Shown in pieces: positions 11,116-24,221 of a DNA stretch of 64,000 bases (the first letter of the stretch is position 1; each line of letters begins with the position of its first letter). This DNA is from Octopus bimaculoides (Eukaryota), in contig NC_068987.1 in the NCBI RefSeq assembly GCF_001194135.2, positions 79,632,066 through 79,696,065 on the forward strand. Direction: 5' to 3'. Under the pieces are notes generated by a model. The model saw only the letters and a program-made list of their open reading frames with translations. It was not told where the DNA came from and did not search any database. The translations under genes were made by a program, and so were the position numbers.

Positions 11116-13505
11116 CAGCGAGAGGGTCATTAGATGAGTTTGGACAAAGATGCAAAACTAATTCTACTTTTCAATAATAGAAATTCAAATATAAATTAAC
11201 ATTATAATGTAATTATATATTTCTGTTTTATATGTAAACACCTATGTAAATACCTATGTTCATTCAACATACCTATCGAACTATCCGCTTACATAATCGC
11301 ATATACGCATACATATTATATGAACTCGTGTAAAAATCAGCTCATATTGCATTCATGTCCTACATGTACTGAGAATATATTTATCACCAACTTAAGTGAT
11401 TGATAAGGAAATCTAAAGAAACACAGGTTTGGTTTGAAGTTTATCTGACACTAAATAAATAAGCAATGTCCTCTTGTATTCTTTTCTTTGTCTTCTAACA
11501 CTTGTCGGAAAGTGAGACACTGCAAAACATACATTCACAATCTTCTACGACTTGCAGCTATATTTAAATAAAATTTAATCTTTAAATTTCTCTCTGCTTA
11601 ATTCATGCAATATTGTCTCTCACATGCATTTTTATTTAAAGTAAACTGTTATCTCGCCTGACCTTTTTGAACATTATTTTCTTCGGCCATGATAAATTAT
11701 TAAATGAATTTTACTATTTTCTAGTATGTTTACACATTCTTGCTCGTTGTACACTAACTGAACATTGCCTGAATTATTTTGTTATCATTTTAGCAAAACA
11801 ATTTTCCTTTAACTTCGTAAGTTTTATTTTTCACCGGAATATTGCAATACCAGCAGCTTGCTGTCTAACAATACCGTAGAATTAACTGTATTCGTGGTGA
11901 ACTGTAAGAATACCAAGAATAAAAACACACATGAACTTGTTTAATGTGGGATTAAGTTAGATATGTATGATGGGAGAAGAAAATGTACCATTGGTGAACA
12001 GTTTTCGAACAATTGAAATCGTGATCCCTAGTTGAGCATGCAAACTCTGAATATATATATCTACAATCTGAAATCACACCCAGTTTAATGCACAGAAATC
12101 TTTACTTCAGTGTCACTGCTAAATTATTGTACCGATGTATCTATCAGCCGTGCGCTTTTGAAACCGAAAGTACTTTACTAAATTGCTAGAAAGTAGAATA
12201 ATACCGCTTTCCAGCGGTTATTTTGAAGACGTTTAAAAAAAGGTTTAAAAACTTTCTCGTCATGCTCGTTTCTCAGATAATACGAAACAAGCATTGGCTT
12301 CATACAAAAATTCCATATTCAGATATTAGCTGTGTTGAAGTAACCTCTCACACAATTAAACACGATGTCCTGGTACATATGATCTTCTACACAGTAGTAA
12401 TGCTCCATATTGCTAGAGCTCATAACACTTCCTCTTTACTTTCATTCTATCGATCTATGTTCGCCACGTTTATTAAGAAATACTTATTAGCTGCCTTCAA
12501 AGCAAGAGCCGTCTGCTCTTGCTTTGAAGAACAGATGACTGTTTTTTCAGCTTATTACTTTCGTTTCGCCCTCAGCATTTTCACACGGCTAAATTATAAA
12601 GCTCACATGTTAGGACGCTCGGTTTATCGCAGACGATACTTAAAACTTTTCAGACGATACTTAAAACTTTTCAGACGACAGACCTTTAGAAATATATTTA
12701 TTCCTATTAAAGTAATACAAAACGCATCAACTATGAATGAGACGTTCACAGAATTACTTGGCGGCAATTCCAATTCCTGTTTCTGTTTGTAATAGGGTTC
12801 CACAAGTGACAACAGTTTGCAAATACCAAAGAACCAAGTGAATTTGAAACTTTCACGTTTAATGTATTCTTAACTTCCCTCAAAGTTTCAGTACATTCCT
12901 CTTCTTTAGTCATAGAGGTAACTGTTCATTATTGCTTGTTGTTGTCTTGAACGTCGGTTCATATTCCAAAGATATAGTGTCTGAGAGTGAACTGGAATTG
13001 ATACTAGTTTCTACCTCCAAAAATTACGACTGCATATGACTCTTGATATAACCACGAACTTGGCATGACCAAGGATTTATTGTACAGCTGCAAAATAGAT
13101 TTATGGAGAGTTAGTTCGTGTGGCTAAAACGTACGAATGTAGTATTTTCATATCTTGAAAGTTTCGCTAAAATATGTGAGAAACACATACACACTCATGT
13201 ATATATATAACAGATAGTAATAACAGAGATAGAAGACAAGAGAATATAGTGTTCAATTATTTATTAATAACACTTTATATGTTTCAGTGACAATTATGCA
13301 ATGATAACTAAATTTATTATATTACCATTATAGCCTAAAATCCTGTAACATGGTATTATCTGTGTAATAACGCGGCTTTTCTTTCTATGAATCTTTTATC
13401 GAGGAGTGTTATACAACATATGGAGTTCTAACTCAGAGATGAATATATATGTATGGATATGTCTTGCACATGAAAGGCGTCTCTCCTACGCTCTGCTTTT
13501 CTCTT

Positions 13506-13539
<34 letters not shown>

Positions 13540-13756
13540 GCCATATGTACACAAATATGTGTGTATATATNNNNNNNNNNNNNNNNNNNNNNNNNNNNNN
13601 NNNNNNNNNNNNNNNNNNNNNNNNNNNNNNNNNNNNNNNNNNNNNNNNNNNNNNNNNNNNNNNNNNNNNNNNNNNNNNNNNNNNNNNNNNNNNNNNNNNN
13701 NNNNNNNNNNNNNNNNNNNNNNNNNNNNNNNNNNNNNNNNNNNNNNNNNNNNNNNN

Positions 13757-13791
<35 letters not shown>

Positions 13792-15740
13792 GTGTTTGTA
13801 TATACATACGTATATATATATACATGTATATATATGCGTACAAATATGTATTATTTTAAAATTAAATAGATATATCTGCACATGTATGTGCGTGGTGCAG
13901 TGTGTTAATCCATGTATGTATATTTGTCTGTTTTTATGTATGGTTTGTGTAGTACTACACTGAATTGTCTCCGAACGTATGTTTTGTATGTCCACATCTA
14001 TGTATAATATTCTGTGTGCACACATTAATGTTATTCTGTACCTCGGCATTATATAATTAGTTATGTCTACAAATGGAAGCTAAAATTCGTAAACTACATC
14101 CAATATTCATATCCTCTGTGAACTTTAGATTTAATACAGAAATTACATTACCATCTGCAATTGGCAGACATTCCAAACCACTTTAGAAATAATTAAAAAT
14201 CAAATGATGATAAAAGCTTCAATAGATGGAAAAATTTAATCACACTGTTTCTACAAAAGTAATATAAACAAATTAAAGCTAGTTTCATATTTTCAGTTTT
14301 AACTGGGATTCATTTCTTCTTACTCAATTGGCGTAAAACATAATATCAAAATACATACGAAAAAAATAATGCAAAAATTCTAGAGCTACGAAGAGCCGAA
14401 ACGTAAGAAACATTAGCGAAACTAATACCAAGATATACAAAAAAAAAAAAGACGGAATATTTCCATTAAGTGCACCCATAATGATAAACCTTCTAAATTC
14501 CTTGATTCTTGTAGATGCTGAAAATTAAATATGTTTCTGTGAAATGCATTAAATCTCATTTGCTGCTTTTTCGGAATCCTCATGCCATTTATTCCTCTAT
14601 GCTTTTGTTTCTGTTCATTAGTTTCTCTCTCTGCAGTGAATAGAGAAATGGTCTTAGGCAAATGTCGAGATCATTTTAGAAATACAGTCTTTAGTAAACT
14701 ATTTAAATTCAATGGCTGAATTGTTTCTCTTTGATTGAAAATTTATTTCATAAGCTAAACTATTTACCTATTATGTGTAATTCTTTCATTCAGCTTGCCA
14801 GATTATTTGATTTCCACGGCTAAATTGTTTACCTTGTACGCTTAAATTGTTTTACTTTAATCACTCAATTCATTCATTATGAACATCAAATTTCTATCTT
14901 CAATGTACACGTTGCTTTGTTTTCAGCTGTAAATTATATAATTCTGCGGACTAAATTGTTTAATTCTAATTTATAAATTGTTTTTCTCTTCATTGTCAAA
15001 TTCTTGTGATTTCGAAAGCTAAACTGTTCAACAAGTATGCATATATTGCTTCAATTATTAGGTAAATTATTCTATTTCAAAGTTTAGATTATTTAACTTG
15101 CATCAATAAATTGCTTCACATTCAGTAAATTATTTAATTTTGGTAGATTTCAAAGATAATTTCGGTTTCTGTTTTTAACCTTTTTAAACCGTTGTACTCT
15201 TTTTTGACTCTTAACACAACATTTTTCACCTACAATGCAAGCAAAACGAATGAGAGGTGATTTGAATGTATTTTCTAAACAAACTCTAAATTGCCTACAA
15301 TGAATCACCTTCTTAAATTGTAGGCGAGAGGCAAAATATATTTGACTGATAAACTTGGTTTTTATGATTCTCTCAATTTTGAAATATCTATGTTACCAAT
15401 GAATGAATGAATGAATGAATGCACAAATAATTGAAGAATCGACTTAATTATACTTTACCCGCATGAAAATTTCATTCATTATTTTTTTTTTTTATCGGAT
15501 TGCTACAGAAGGAAAGGTAGCGCCTTCGAATCATTACCTTTTCAGGACCTTCAAGACTGCTGCGAAGAAGAAAGGAATTTATCCATAAATCTGAAATCTC
15601 TCTTGCAAGCATTCGAGTGGTACGCATGAAAGTTGCCAGAGCATGGTATTAAATCGGACAATGGATTAAGTCTAACATCCAAATACATAGAATTTAAAGA
15701 GCCAGACAAACTCTAACTCTAATAATTCCATCAGTCCACA

Positions 15741-15761
15741 ATGCTTACATGCATACACACA

Positions 15762-15801
<40 letters not shown>

Positions 15802-15876
15802 NNNNNNNNNNNNNNNNNNNNNNNNNNNNNNNNNNNNNNNNNNNNNNNNNNNNNNNNNNNNNNNNNNNNNNNNNNN

Positions 15877-15914
<38 letters not shown>

Positions 15915-16118
15915 TTATACATACGTACATCTATACACACGCACATATTTACGATTGTCTTAAATTTATTCATTTGGTAAAGCTGCAAATCTCTTACCAG
16001 GATATCTTTGCAATTAACTTTCATTCTCTGTCATATAATTTGTGCTTTGAATTATTGATCAAGGATTCTGCCTTAATTTTAATGAAGGCTTTACATCAAA
16101 ATTCAGATGCTTCATATA
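15741..16118. repeat. Left arm of long inverted repeat (partner 17354-17647)
   Basis: Non-microsatellite core 15949-16118 is the reverse complement of 17354-17524, with about four substitutions by manual comparison. Confidence 0.92.
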
Positions 16119-16139
16119 CCTTAATCTTTATTTCAAAGT

Positions 16140-16440
16140 TCGGCACATTGCCAGAAATTTCGGCACTATGAATATGTGATTAGAATGCCGCAAGAAAAAT
16201 TCCCAGGACGAATACTTCAAGTCGAGCGAACCAGTAGTGGACCTAGAGATACACCGAGAACGGGATGTTTGTATAGTATCTACAATTTCAGTTGGCCATA
16301 CTTGGAAACCCAACCGGAAAGTGCAATTACAACAGGTTGCTTTTAATAGGACCCTATTGAGGAAGATGTCCGAGGCTTTAGCCCTACGGTCTTGCAGGAA
16401 TTGTGGGCCGAGAAGTTGAATGGAAAGGATGATGGAAAAC
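16140..16440 (+). mobile_element. RTE-clade LINE ORF2 3' end, decayed
   Basis: Frameshifted translation VIRMPQEKFPGRILQVE.TSSGPRDTPRT..C/W...SWPYLETQPES...QVAFNRTLLRKMSEALALR resembles the RTE C-terminal 'GHV.RM...R.P..IL......RPRGRPR.RW' motif. Confidence 0.65.
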
Positions 16441-17129
16441 AAATATGATTTCGCTGAGTCTTGAAATCAGAAAGCAGAGAACGAATCTGTACAGCAAGGA
16501 GATACCCTTAATCTTTGACTATTCTGTCCATTCCGGAAAAACAAAAAGTAAATCTACTACGTAAGAATTCGAACTCGGAAATTGTAGGGACAAAAATAAC
16601 TGCCTTAAGCGATATATCTTAATTATATACTTAAATCAAATACTTTGCCCTTTAATAATGGGTCGACCTACAGATGGGTGCAATCAATGCTTCTTACTAA
16701 ATTTAGGACGTCATTTAAACCGCGATATGATAGATATAACAGCAACGTATAAATGGAAAAAAAAACATCTAATGATAATATAACCATGGGCTTTCAAACA
16801 CACAGAATGGTCACAAATTTAGATACTTTTTTCCTAGGTCTGCCCGAGTAGAATATTCGACCATGCGTTTTTAGTGGTTCGATTCATTTAATTATCTCCT
16901 CGGGTGGATTACATTCTGTAATTCAAAACGTGCAGCCTTGATACACACACACTCATAGGCTGCCAACTCTCCCAGAGAATCATGTTAAGTCTGAAAGTCA
17001 CTGTGACATGGTCCGCCAATTACAGCTAAATTAAAGAATAGATAATTCTCTTCATCATCCAAATGAAACCTTGTCGTTTCTTTCTGAAGATCCACCAACG
17101 CCACCACTGCTAGCATCAGCAAAACTACT

Positions 17130-17348
17130 AAACTGAGGTAACAGAACCATTGGTACGCCAGGAAAAATGCTTACCTATATTTCTTCCGTCTTTACGCTCG
17201 GAGTTCAAATGCTACGATCGGTGTTCAATTTCGCCTTCCATCCTTTCGGGGTCGTTAAAATAAGTACGATTTGAGCACTGGAATTGATTAATCGACATAG
17301 CCCCTCCTTCGAAATTTCTGGCATTATGCTAAACTTTCAAATCAATAT
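17130..17348 (+). mobile_element. SINE family C, diverged
   Basis: GGAGTTCAAAT...GCCTTCCATCCTTTCGGGGTCGTTAAAATAAGTAC...GAGCACTGG matches the family C body. Confidence 0.8.
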
Positions 17349-17353
17349 TGAGA

Positions 17354-17647
17354 TATATGAAACATCTGAATTTTGATGTAAAGCCTTCATTAAAATTAAG
17401 GCAGAATCCTTGATCAATAATTCAAAGCACAAATTATATGACAGAGAATGAAAGTTAATTGCAAAGATATCCTGGTAAGAGATTTGCTGTTTTACCAAAT
17501 GAATAAATTTAGGACAATCGTAAATAATATATGTGCGTGTGTATAGATGTACGTATGTATAAGTGTATGTTTGTGTGTGTGCATGTGCGGGGATGTGTAT
17601 GCATATGTATATATACATATGTGAGTGTGTGTATGCATCTAAGCATA
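17354..17647. repeat. Right arm of long inverted repeat (partner 15741-16118)
   Basis: The ORF track shows the same peptide (KFIHLVK.QISYQDIFAINFHSLSYNLCFELLIKDSALILMKALHQNSD) on opposite strands at the two loci. Confidence 0.92.
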
Positions 17648-18076
17648 TATATAAGCATGTGCGTTTGTGCATGTGTGTTAGTATTTCCTCAACGAAGTTA
17701 TGCAGTTTATGTATTGTAATGGTTGTTGTATATAAAGCCTATAAGCATTAGTCGTCTAGAGGATATGAAATTCGCGGTAAATAACCAATAAAGAGATATT
17801 CATCCTATTATAACGATAAAGCGTTGCTCATAAAAATTTATGGCACGAATAACAAAAATATTAATTAATTTCAATGAAATATATGAACTGAAATTGATAA
17901 TGTATATCTTTAATGAAAAATGTATAAATCGTGATAATCTATTGCTTTCTCGTATATTATTATTTATTCATCATTATTTCCTATCTTTTGTTAAAATATG
18001 TTTTTGATTCTTTGCTGCACGAAACAAAAGGCGTACATATATACTCTCCCTCCCTCCATCTCTCACTCTCTCTCAT

Positions 18077-18114
<38 letters not shown>

Positions 18115-18319
18115 TTATATATGAATTTATCTAAAACATTTGCATATTACACATGCATTGCGTATGTATATATCGATATCAGGTGAAAATGAGNNNNNNN
18201 NNNNNNNNNNNNNNNNNNNNNNNNNNNNNNNNNNNNNNNNNNNNNNNNNNNNNNNNNNNNNNNNNNNNNNNNNNNNNNNNNNNNNNNNNNNNNNNNNNNN
18301 NNNNNNNNNNNNNNNNNNN

Positions 18320-18355
<36 letters not shown>

Positions 18356-18370
18356 ATATGTACATACATT

Positions 18371-18434
<64 letters not shown>

Positions 18435-18724
18435 CATATGTGTGTATGCGTGCGTGGTGTGTATGTGCTTGCGTATAAGAATGTAAGCTTGTTTAATTCA
18501 CACTATGTTAAGAAATGTCTAACAGACTCTTCCGCAGTTTAACCGAACATTTCTTATAAAACTGTTTCCCGATTTCATTCCCCAGTTGATAGCATTAACT
18601 ATTCAGTTTTCATATAAAGCACTCACAAATTACGCTATTGCCGTAGTGGATAATATTATTTCCATAGTTGTATTTTAGAAGATATACGTACATGCATAAA
18701 TACATACATACGAAACAGGAAGAG

Positions 18725-18815
18725 CTGTAAAATGTGCAGACCTTGTGGAGTTAAGCCCGAAGATATGACCCACATCATAACCAGTTGTCCAAAAATGTCT
18801 TCACGGTATTATCTA
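18725..18815 (+). mobile_element. CCHC zinc-knuckle fragment of an RLE-type (R2/R4/CRE-like) non-LTR element
   Basis: CRPCGVKPEDMTHIITSCPKMSSRYYL fits C-x2-C-x8-H-x4-C followed by a 'SSRYYL' context typical of RLE elements. The fragment is short. Confidence 0.65.
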
Positions 18816-19019
18816 CACAAATCTTGCAAAATAGCTACCCAGATTTTCCTGGTTGAAATAATTTATTCCGCCATTTATGAAGCTGCAAGCATGGTCGTTT
18901 GTCAGTTGTTGTTTTAGTTAAGTCGTATATCAATAACCAACGAGTCGGCCTCGGATGCACATGTAGAGTCAAATATAAATGTCCTCTAGGACAAGAATGC
19001 GATGTATCTTCCGTTGTTT

Positions 19020-19300
19020 ATGATGCATAGGTTTCAACAAACTACGACAATGGTTGTACAAATGAAACGTTTTTTCGGCATCGTGGAAGAAAGCTTAAAG
19101 AAGGGACCAATTTCGATGTCAAATGGAAAGTCTTCTCTAAATCCAAACCCTAAATTAACGGATCAGTGCGTTCGCTTGAAAACCTGTATTCATGAAAACA
19201 CTTGGGAACCCCCAACGAATACATAAATTCGAGGAAGATTTTTTTCATTATGTCTATATTTCAAAAATACATCTTGCTGGAACTTAAAACTGTACCACAA
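19020..19300 (+). mobile_element. Penelope-like element, C-terminal part of the GIY-YIG region, heavily decayed
   Basis: Frameshifted pieces HRF.., SASWK/LKEGTNFDVKWKVFSKSKP*INGSVR..LENLYS*KHLGTPNEYINSRKIFSLCLYFK resemble the PLE tail 'W.LK....F.I.WKI.....PY..G...C.LC..EK..I......LN.R.E....C.H'. Confidence 0.55.
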
Positions 19301-19538
19301 GATACTCAGTAAACCATTAAAATATTGTAACGTTGGTTATCTCGCTTGTGTTTTATCATTTTTTCGTCTTTTCAAGCGTCTCTTGTTTTAACGCTAAAAA
19401 AAAAAGAAAAATAGAAAAAGAAAAAGCTGGCAAACTGTCTTGCTTTCAGCTTGATTAATGACGGAATGGATTATTATCTCGACCAGGTAACCTGTGTAGC
19501 TATTTGCAAGATTTTGGGGTTTTAATTGAAGGTTATAC

Positions 19539-19571
<33 letters not shown>

Positions 19572-22188
19572 AGCAGTGTAGTTCGCTTGGAGCATTGTAT
19601 TATTTATATATGAGCTCGCACACACATATATATATATACACGTGTGTGTATATGTAGATGTATGTATGTATGCTTGTATGTATGTATGCATGCATGTATT
19701 TATTCAATGCCGGTTATTGGATTCAGACAATGAAGCATGGTAAACATTCAAAATGTACGATATATCGTCTGAAGAGAAACTCTATCTCTCTTGCAATTGC
19801 GTGGTAAGGAACATGATCTGAAATCATGAGCCTTAACTAAATCATTCGGAACGCAACGATAATATTTGTCATTTCGAACATCAGAAATGACCTTCTGCGT
19901 TACTCTACGTTAATTACTATCCAACCTCCTGGGGTGTTAAATGACAATTCACCTCAGCAAATACTAAAGATATATTTCTTGCCTGCACGCTCAATCCCTG
20001 GCCATCTAAGAAGGCACATACCCAATAAAGATATTTCACCATTTCATAATAACTTAAACCCTCATCGCTCCTGAAATCATTCTTCCCCATTTGTCGTAAC
20101 CTCCGCGAATTTTGTCATCCTATCTGTTAGGTATGAACGTAAACATCAATGGCATAACCAACGCTCATATCTTTAATATCTCATCTAGTTCATTCGTAAC
20201 ATATGATGGGGTTGTACAGGCGATGTATACTACTTACAACATATAACATTTAGTTCTCATCACTAACTAGAAGAAATTTACCCACCATTGTAACACCCGC
20301 AAGGCGAGCGTCTGGTGAGCAAAATACCTTCTATCGTTGTTTTATATCTCTATTCTTTCCCAAATTGCCTTCTGAATCTTAAGGCGATGGCCTGTGCTGA
20401 ATTTTTAGATTGTTCAGCAAGGAGTTCATATATGTATGTGTATGTCTGAATGTACATGGACATATATATGAATATACATGTACAGAAACACCGTTTAGAG
20501 CCTCAGGTTAAAAGCTTATAAAGGAAGCGCGTATGATTATACCATGCACAATCCAGCCTCATACCATCTCGGGGTACCCGAAAGGAGAGGGAAGAATACT
20601 CTCTCTTTTTTTTTTAACTGACAGTAACAGTTTACAGCTGAGAGAGTAGGTTTCCAGTGTATTCTGCTAACATATTTATAACTTCAGCTTTGTTGTTGTT
20701 TTTTTATCTACAGCGTATTAATATCTCTACGGGAGTTACTTTAATTTCTCGACTCACTTATGCGGAATAACTATTAGTCAACTTGATGTCTGCTTTTCTT
20801 GTTCATGGTTATGTGGGCCTACAGTAGCCGAAGTCATATGTCATACTTTATATTAGATGCAGAAATTTATTAATGCGTGCGTATGTAAAGGTGAGCGCAG
20901 TGTGCGTGTGTGTGAAGGTGCATCTGCGTGGATGTATGACCGAATAAATGCACCACTAAGTATAACGTAATTTTATTCGTAACGTTTAGGAAATATTAAC
21001 ATTAAGTTACGTACCAAACATTTTGGTGGGCTAAATTCCCTTCTTAGTGACACTTTGGAAGGAGAATGTAGTGGCTATGCTGAAACGGACGGGAGAGAGA
21101 GAGAGAGAGAGACAGACAGACAAAGACAGAGAGACAGAGAGACAGAAAGAAAGTATTATAAATAGTGATCGTTTAGATAAATAGATAGATGGGAGACTGG
21201 CTCAGCAGGTTGCTAATCAAATAGCCATGAGCAAGAAGTTAGATATAGTTAAGGATAAAAGAAAAAGAGAAAGAGATAGCATCGGTAAAAGAGAAGAGAT
21301 TGAAAGGTAAAAGATAAAGCTTTGCTCTAGAGACGAATAATTAGACATCTGATATTAAAAAAATTAGAGAAACCGAGCGACTGATACATAGAGTTACAGG
21401 AAGGTGAGGAGACAGAATAAGATTAAGAAAGAGAGTGAGAGAAAATAATCCATATATTATGTCTAGTGGCAAAATTTGATTGAGAGAAAGAAGAGAAGTA
21501 TGTATGTTCACAAGTGTGTGTGTGCGTGCTTGCATGTGTTGTGGAGGGGGAGTTAGGGAGGGAAGAAATGAAGCCAAATACTTCATTATAACAAAGGGAA
21601 ATAAGTGCAGATGAAAAGAAACATTGTATGAAATTAAACACAGAAGAAATAATAATAGAGCAGACTTAAAGTAAAATTATTAAGAATGAGTTAAAGGAAA
21701 CAGAAATAAATCACATCATTTTCCAAGGGTCCTACACGTGTAGTATTTACACATTTATTAGTACAATTTGTTTGAATTGATTTACATCTTCATATTTGTC
21801 AGTTACAAATAATTATTCATTTTTTTTGTAGTGTTTTCTTTTTTTGTAATATTTACGAAGTTTAGAACTACAAAGCTAATGTTGAACAGTAAATGTTAAA
21901 AAAAAACACTATCATAAGAATAATATACAAAACAAAATCAGAATAATATATAAAATTATGCACCAAAATTAGCGCATACCGATATATAAATATAGAAACA
22001 CATGGAGAGACACGTCTCTTTAATAGGCACAGGACTGGCTGTGTGTTAATAACCTTGCTTAGCAACCACATGGTTCCAGGTTCAGCCCCACTTCGTGGCA
22101 CCATGGACGAGTGTCTTCTGCTATAGCCTCGGGCCGACCAAAGCCTTGTGAGTGGATTTGGTAGAGGGAGACTGAAAGAAGCCTGTCG

Positions 22189-22282
<94 letters not shown>

Positions 22283-22284
<2 letters not shown>

Positions 22285-22462
22285 GGGTTGAATTCGCAAA
22301 CCGAAAACAACAGACGAAGACAGGTGGTGTAGAAAACAAATAGATGTATTAGTATAACACTCGGGAATTGAGAAAGTCTTTAACGTTTCGAGCCTACGCT
22401 CTTCCACAGAAAGGAATACAGAAAGAAACAAGGAGAGAAAAAAATGTGTGTAGTGGTCAGCG
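22283..22462 (-). mobile_element. Short non-coding element carrying a hammerhead-like motif, inserted antisense at the SINE A microsatellite
   Basis: The sequence is absent from the other family A copies (37299, 40368). Its minus-strand 3' end reads ...AACCCTATA directly into the (CA)n tract. Confidence 0.75.
22378..22413 (-). ncRNA. Minimal type-I hammerhead-like motif with variant core CUGUGGA
   Basis: Minus strand reads CTTT-CTGTGGA-A-GAGC-GTAG-GCTC-GAAA-CG-TT-AAAG. Stem I is CTTT/AAAG, stem II is GAGC/GCTC, and stem III is the ACGT palindrome. A6 is replaced by U and the triplet is GUU, so activity is uncertain. Confidence 0.6.
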
Positions 22463-23090
22463 TCCCTCCACCTTCACTTGACAACCGATGCTGGTGTGTT
22501 TACGTCCCTGTAACTTAGCGGTTCGGCAAAAGTGACTGATAGAATAAGTACTAGACTTACAAAGACTAAGTCCTGGGGTCGATTTCTTCCGCTAAAAAAA
22601 AGGGGGTGCTCCAGTCAAATCACTGAAGCAAATAAAAGAAGATATATTAATGAAGATTGAATTATATTGTATATTATATCTTGGATGGCGATGCACGAGC
22701 AGGAATCAAGTAAAATACCCGGACAGAGGTACTTCCACGCTCAGTAGTCGAGTCTTACTAAACACGCTCTGGGTTAGGTCTGCACTCCCGTATACATACT
22801 GGTTCTATGGATTGGTGAAGCGCTAAGTGTTTTGGATAGATTTTTGACACGGTATAAACACAAAGCTATTGACTGATCTGATCACCACATGAATTATTGT
22901 CGCAGCCAGCACCGCCATCACCGCCCTCGTCTTCTTCTGTCGCCGTCGTTGTCGACGTCGTCAACGTCATGATATTCATGCGCAATAGCAGCAGCATTCA
23001 AGGGGACAGTATTGACCTGTTAAATTAGAAATTACAGTATAATTAAAAATTAATGAAGAAATAGGTTAATGAGCAAAAGATTTTATATAC

Positions 23091-23150
<60 letters not shown>

Positions 23151-23349
23151 CAAATTAAAAGGGTAAAGGATTATCAATTTATTAATTAATAAATCAATTA
23201 ACAATTAACAATTTTTACCAAGCCCATCGGTATGAAAGCACCATTATTATATATATAAACTGTTTCAGACAGGTCTAGGTAAATGAATGAAGGAATGAAA
23301 GTAGATGAATGAATAAATAAATGAGTAAATGAGGTCTAAATTTAGTATT

Positions 23350-23919
23350 TCCATCATCATCACCACCATCGTTATCATCATCGTCGTCACAATCGTCACT
23401 GACATCGTCGTCATCACCTCAATCACCGGCAATGATTGACAAGAAGACGATTACCACCGTCGGCGTCATCACAAGCATCCCCATCATGATCATAATGATC
23501 ATCACCACCACCGGAAGCAGACAGATGACGAAATGAATGAGAAAGAACTGGACAAAGGAAAAGCTCTACATTTAATGATTATTCTCATCATCATCATCAT
23601 CATCATCATCATTCTAATGACCACCATCATCTATATTAGGGGGTCTCCAAAGTTATCAATATCGACCCCTGGGGGTCGATGGGATTATTCTAGGGGGTCG
23701 ATAAATGTTCATATACTTAATTATTATCATTATTTATTTGTTTATTTTCTTGTACATGTTTGGTGGGGGGGGGGTCAATGAGGAGTCACGGATTCTATGA
23801 AGGGGTCGATAGTCTAAAAAGCTTCAGGACCCTTGATACATACCATCGCCACCACTATCGACATCATCGTCTTCACCATCTGAATAGTTAGCAACAGAAC
23901 CACCGTCGTCGATATCGTG

Positions 23920-23970
<51 letters not shown>

Positions 23971-24186
23971 TTCATCACCATTATCACCATCTTCATCACC
24001 CTCACACCACGGCCAACAACATCTCCACCACCACAACCTTTGACGTCATCATTATCGTCGTTACCATCACCCCTTCATCATCACATCTTCATCACCCCTT
24101 CATCATCATCATCGTTGTAGTCATTATCATCATCATCATCATCATCATAATCGTCGTCGTCGTCGTCGCCATCGTCGTCGCCATCG

Positions 24187-24220
<34 letters not shown>
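23350..24220. repeat. Compound (CAT)n/(CGT)n/(CAC)n trinucleotide region interrupted by a MITE
   Basis: Directly visible in the sequence; it produces the poly-I/M/D ORF artefacts in the track. Confidence 0.9.
23637..23835. mobile_element. hAT/Charlie-type MITE (~200 bp)
   Basis: Imperfect TIRs TAGGGGTCTCCAAAGT ... AGCTTCAGGACCCTTG; internal GGGGTCGAT repeats; near-palindrome ATCGACCCC-TG-GGGGTCGAT at 23661-23680. Flanking 8-mers ATCTATAT/ATACATAC match at 5 of 8 positions (degraded TSD at best). Confidence 0.65.

Positions 24221-24221
<1 letters not shown>

Larger units (their letters stand above)
22026..22640 (+). mobile_element. SINE family A, full length, interrupted in its microsatellite linker by a ~180-bp HHR-bearing insert
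   Basis: Head 22026-22190; (TA)n(TG)n 22188-22280; insert 22283-22462; tail CTTGACAACCGATGCTGGTGTG...GTCCTGGGGTCGATTT...GGTGCTCCAG to about 22640. Confidence 0.9.

Noticed and set aside
12223-12792. 189-aa plus ORF with a 21-bp tandem duplication (12630-12678)
   Set aside because: Starts at TTG, no homology recognised, low-complexity composition; the duplication is a simple slippage event.
14375-14412. CTACGAAGAGCCGAAACGTA (hammerhead-like)
   Set aside because: The core lacks G5, stem II cannot form, and stem I is out of register.
19755-19800. ACGATATATCGT palindrome followed by CTGAAGAGAAAC (possible hammerhead)
   Set aside because: No stem II between CUGAAGA and GAAA and no consistent stem III or triplet.
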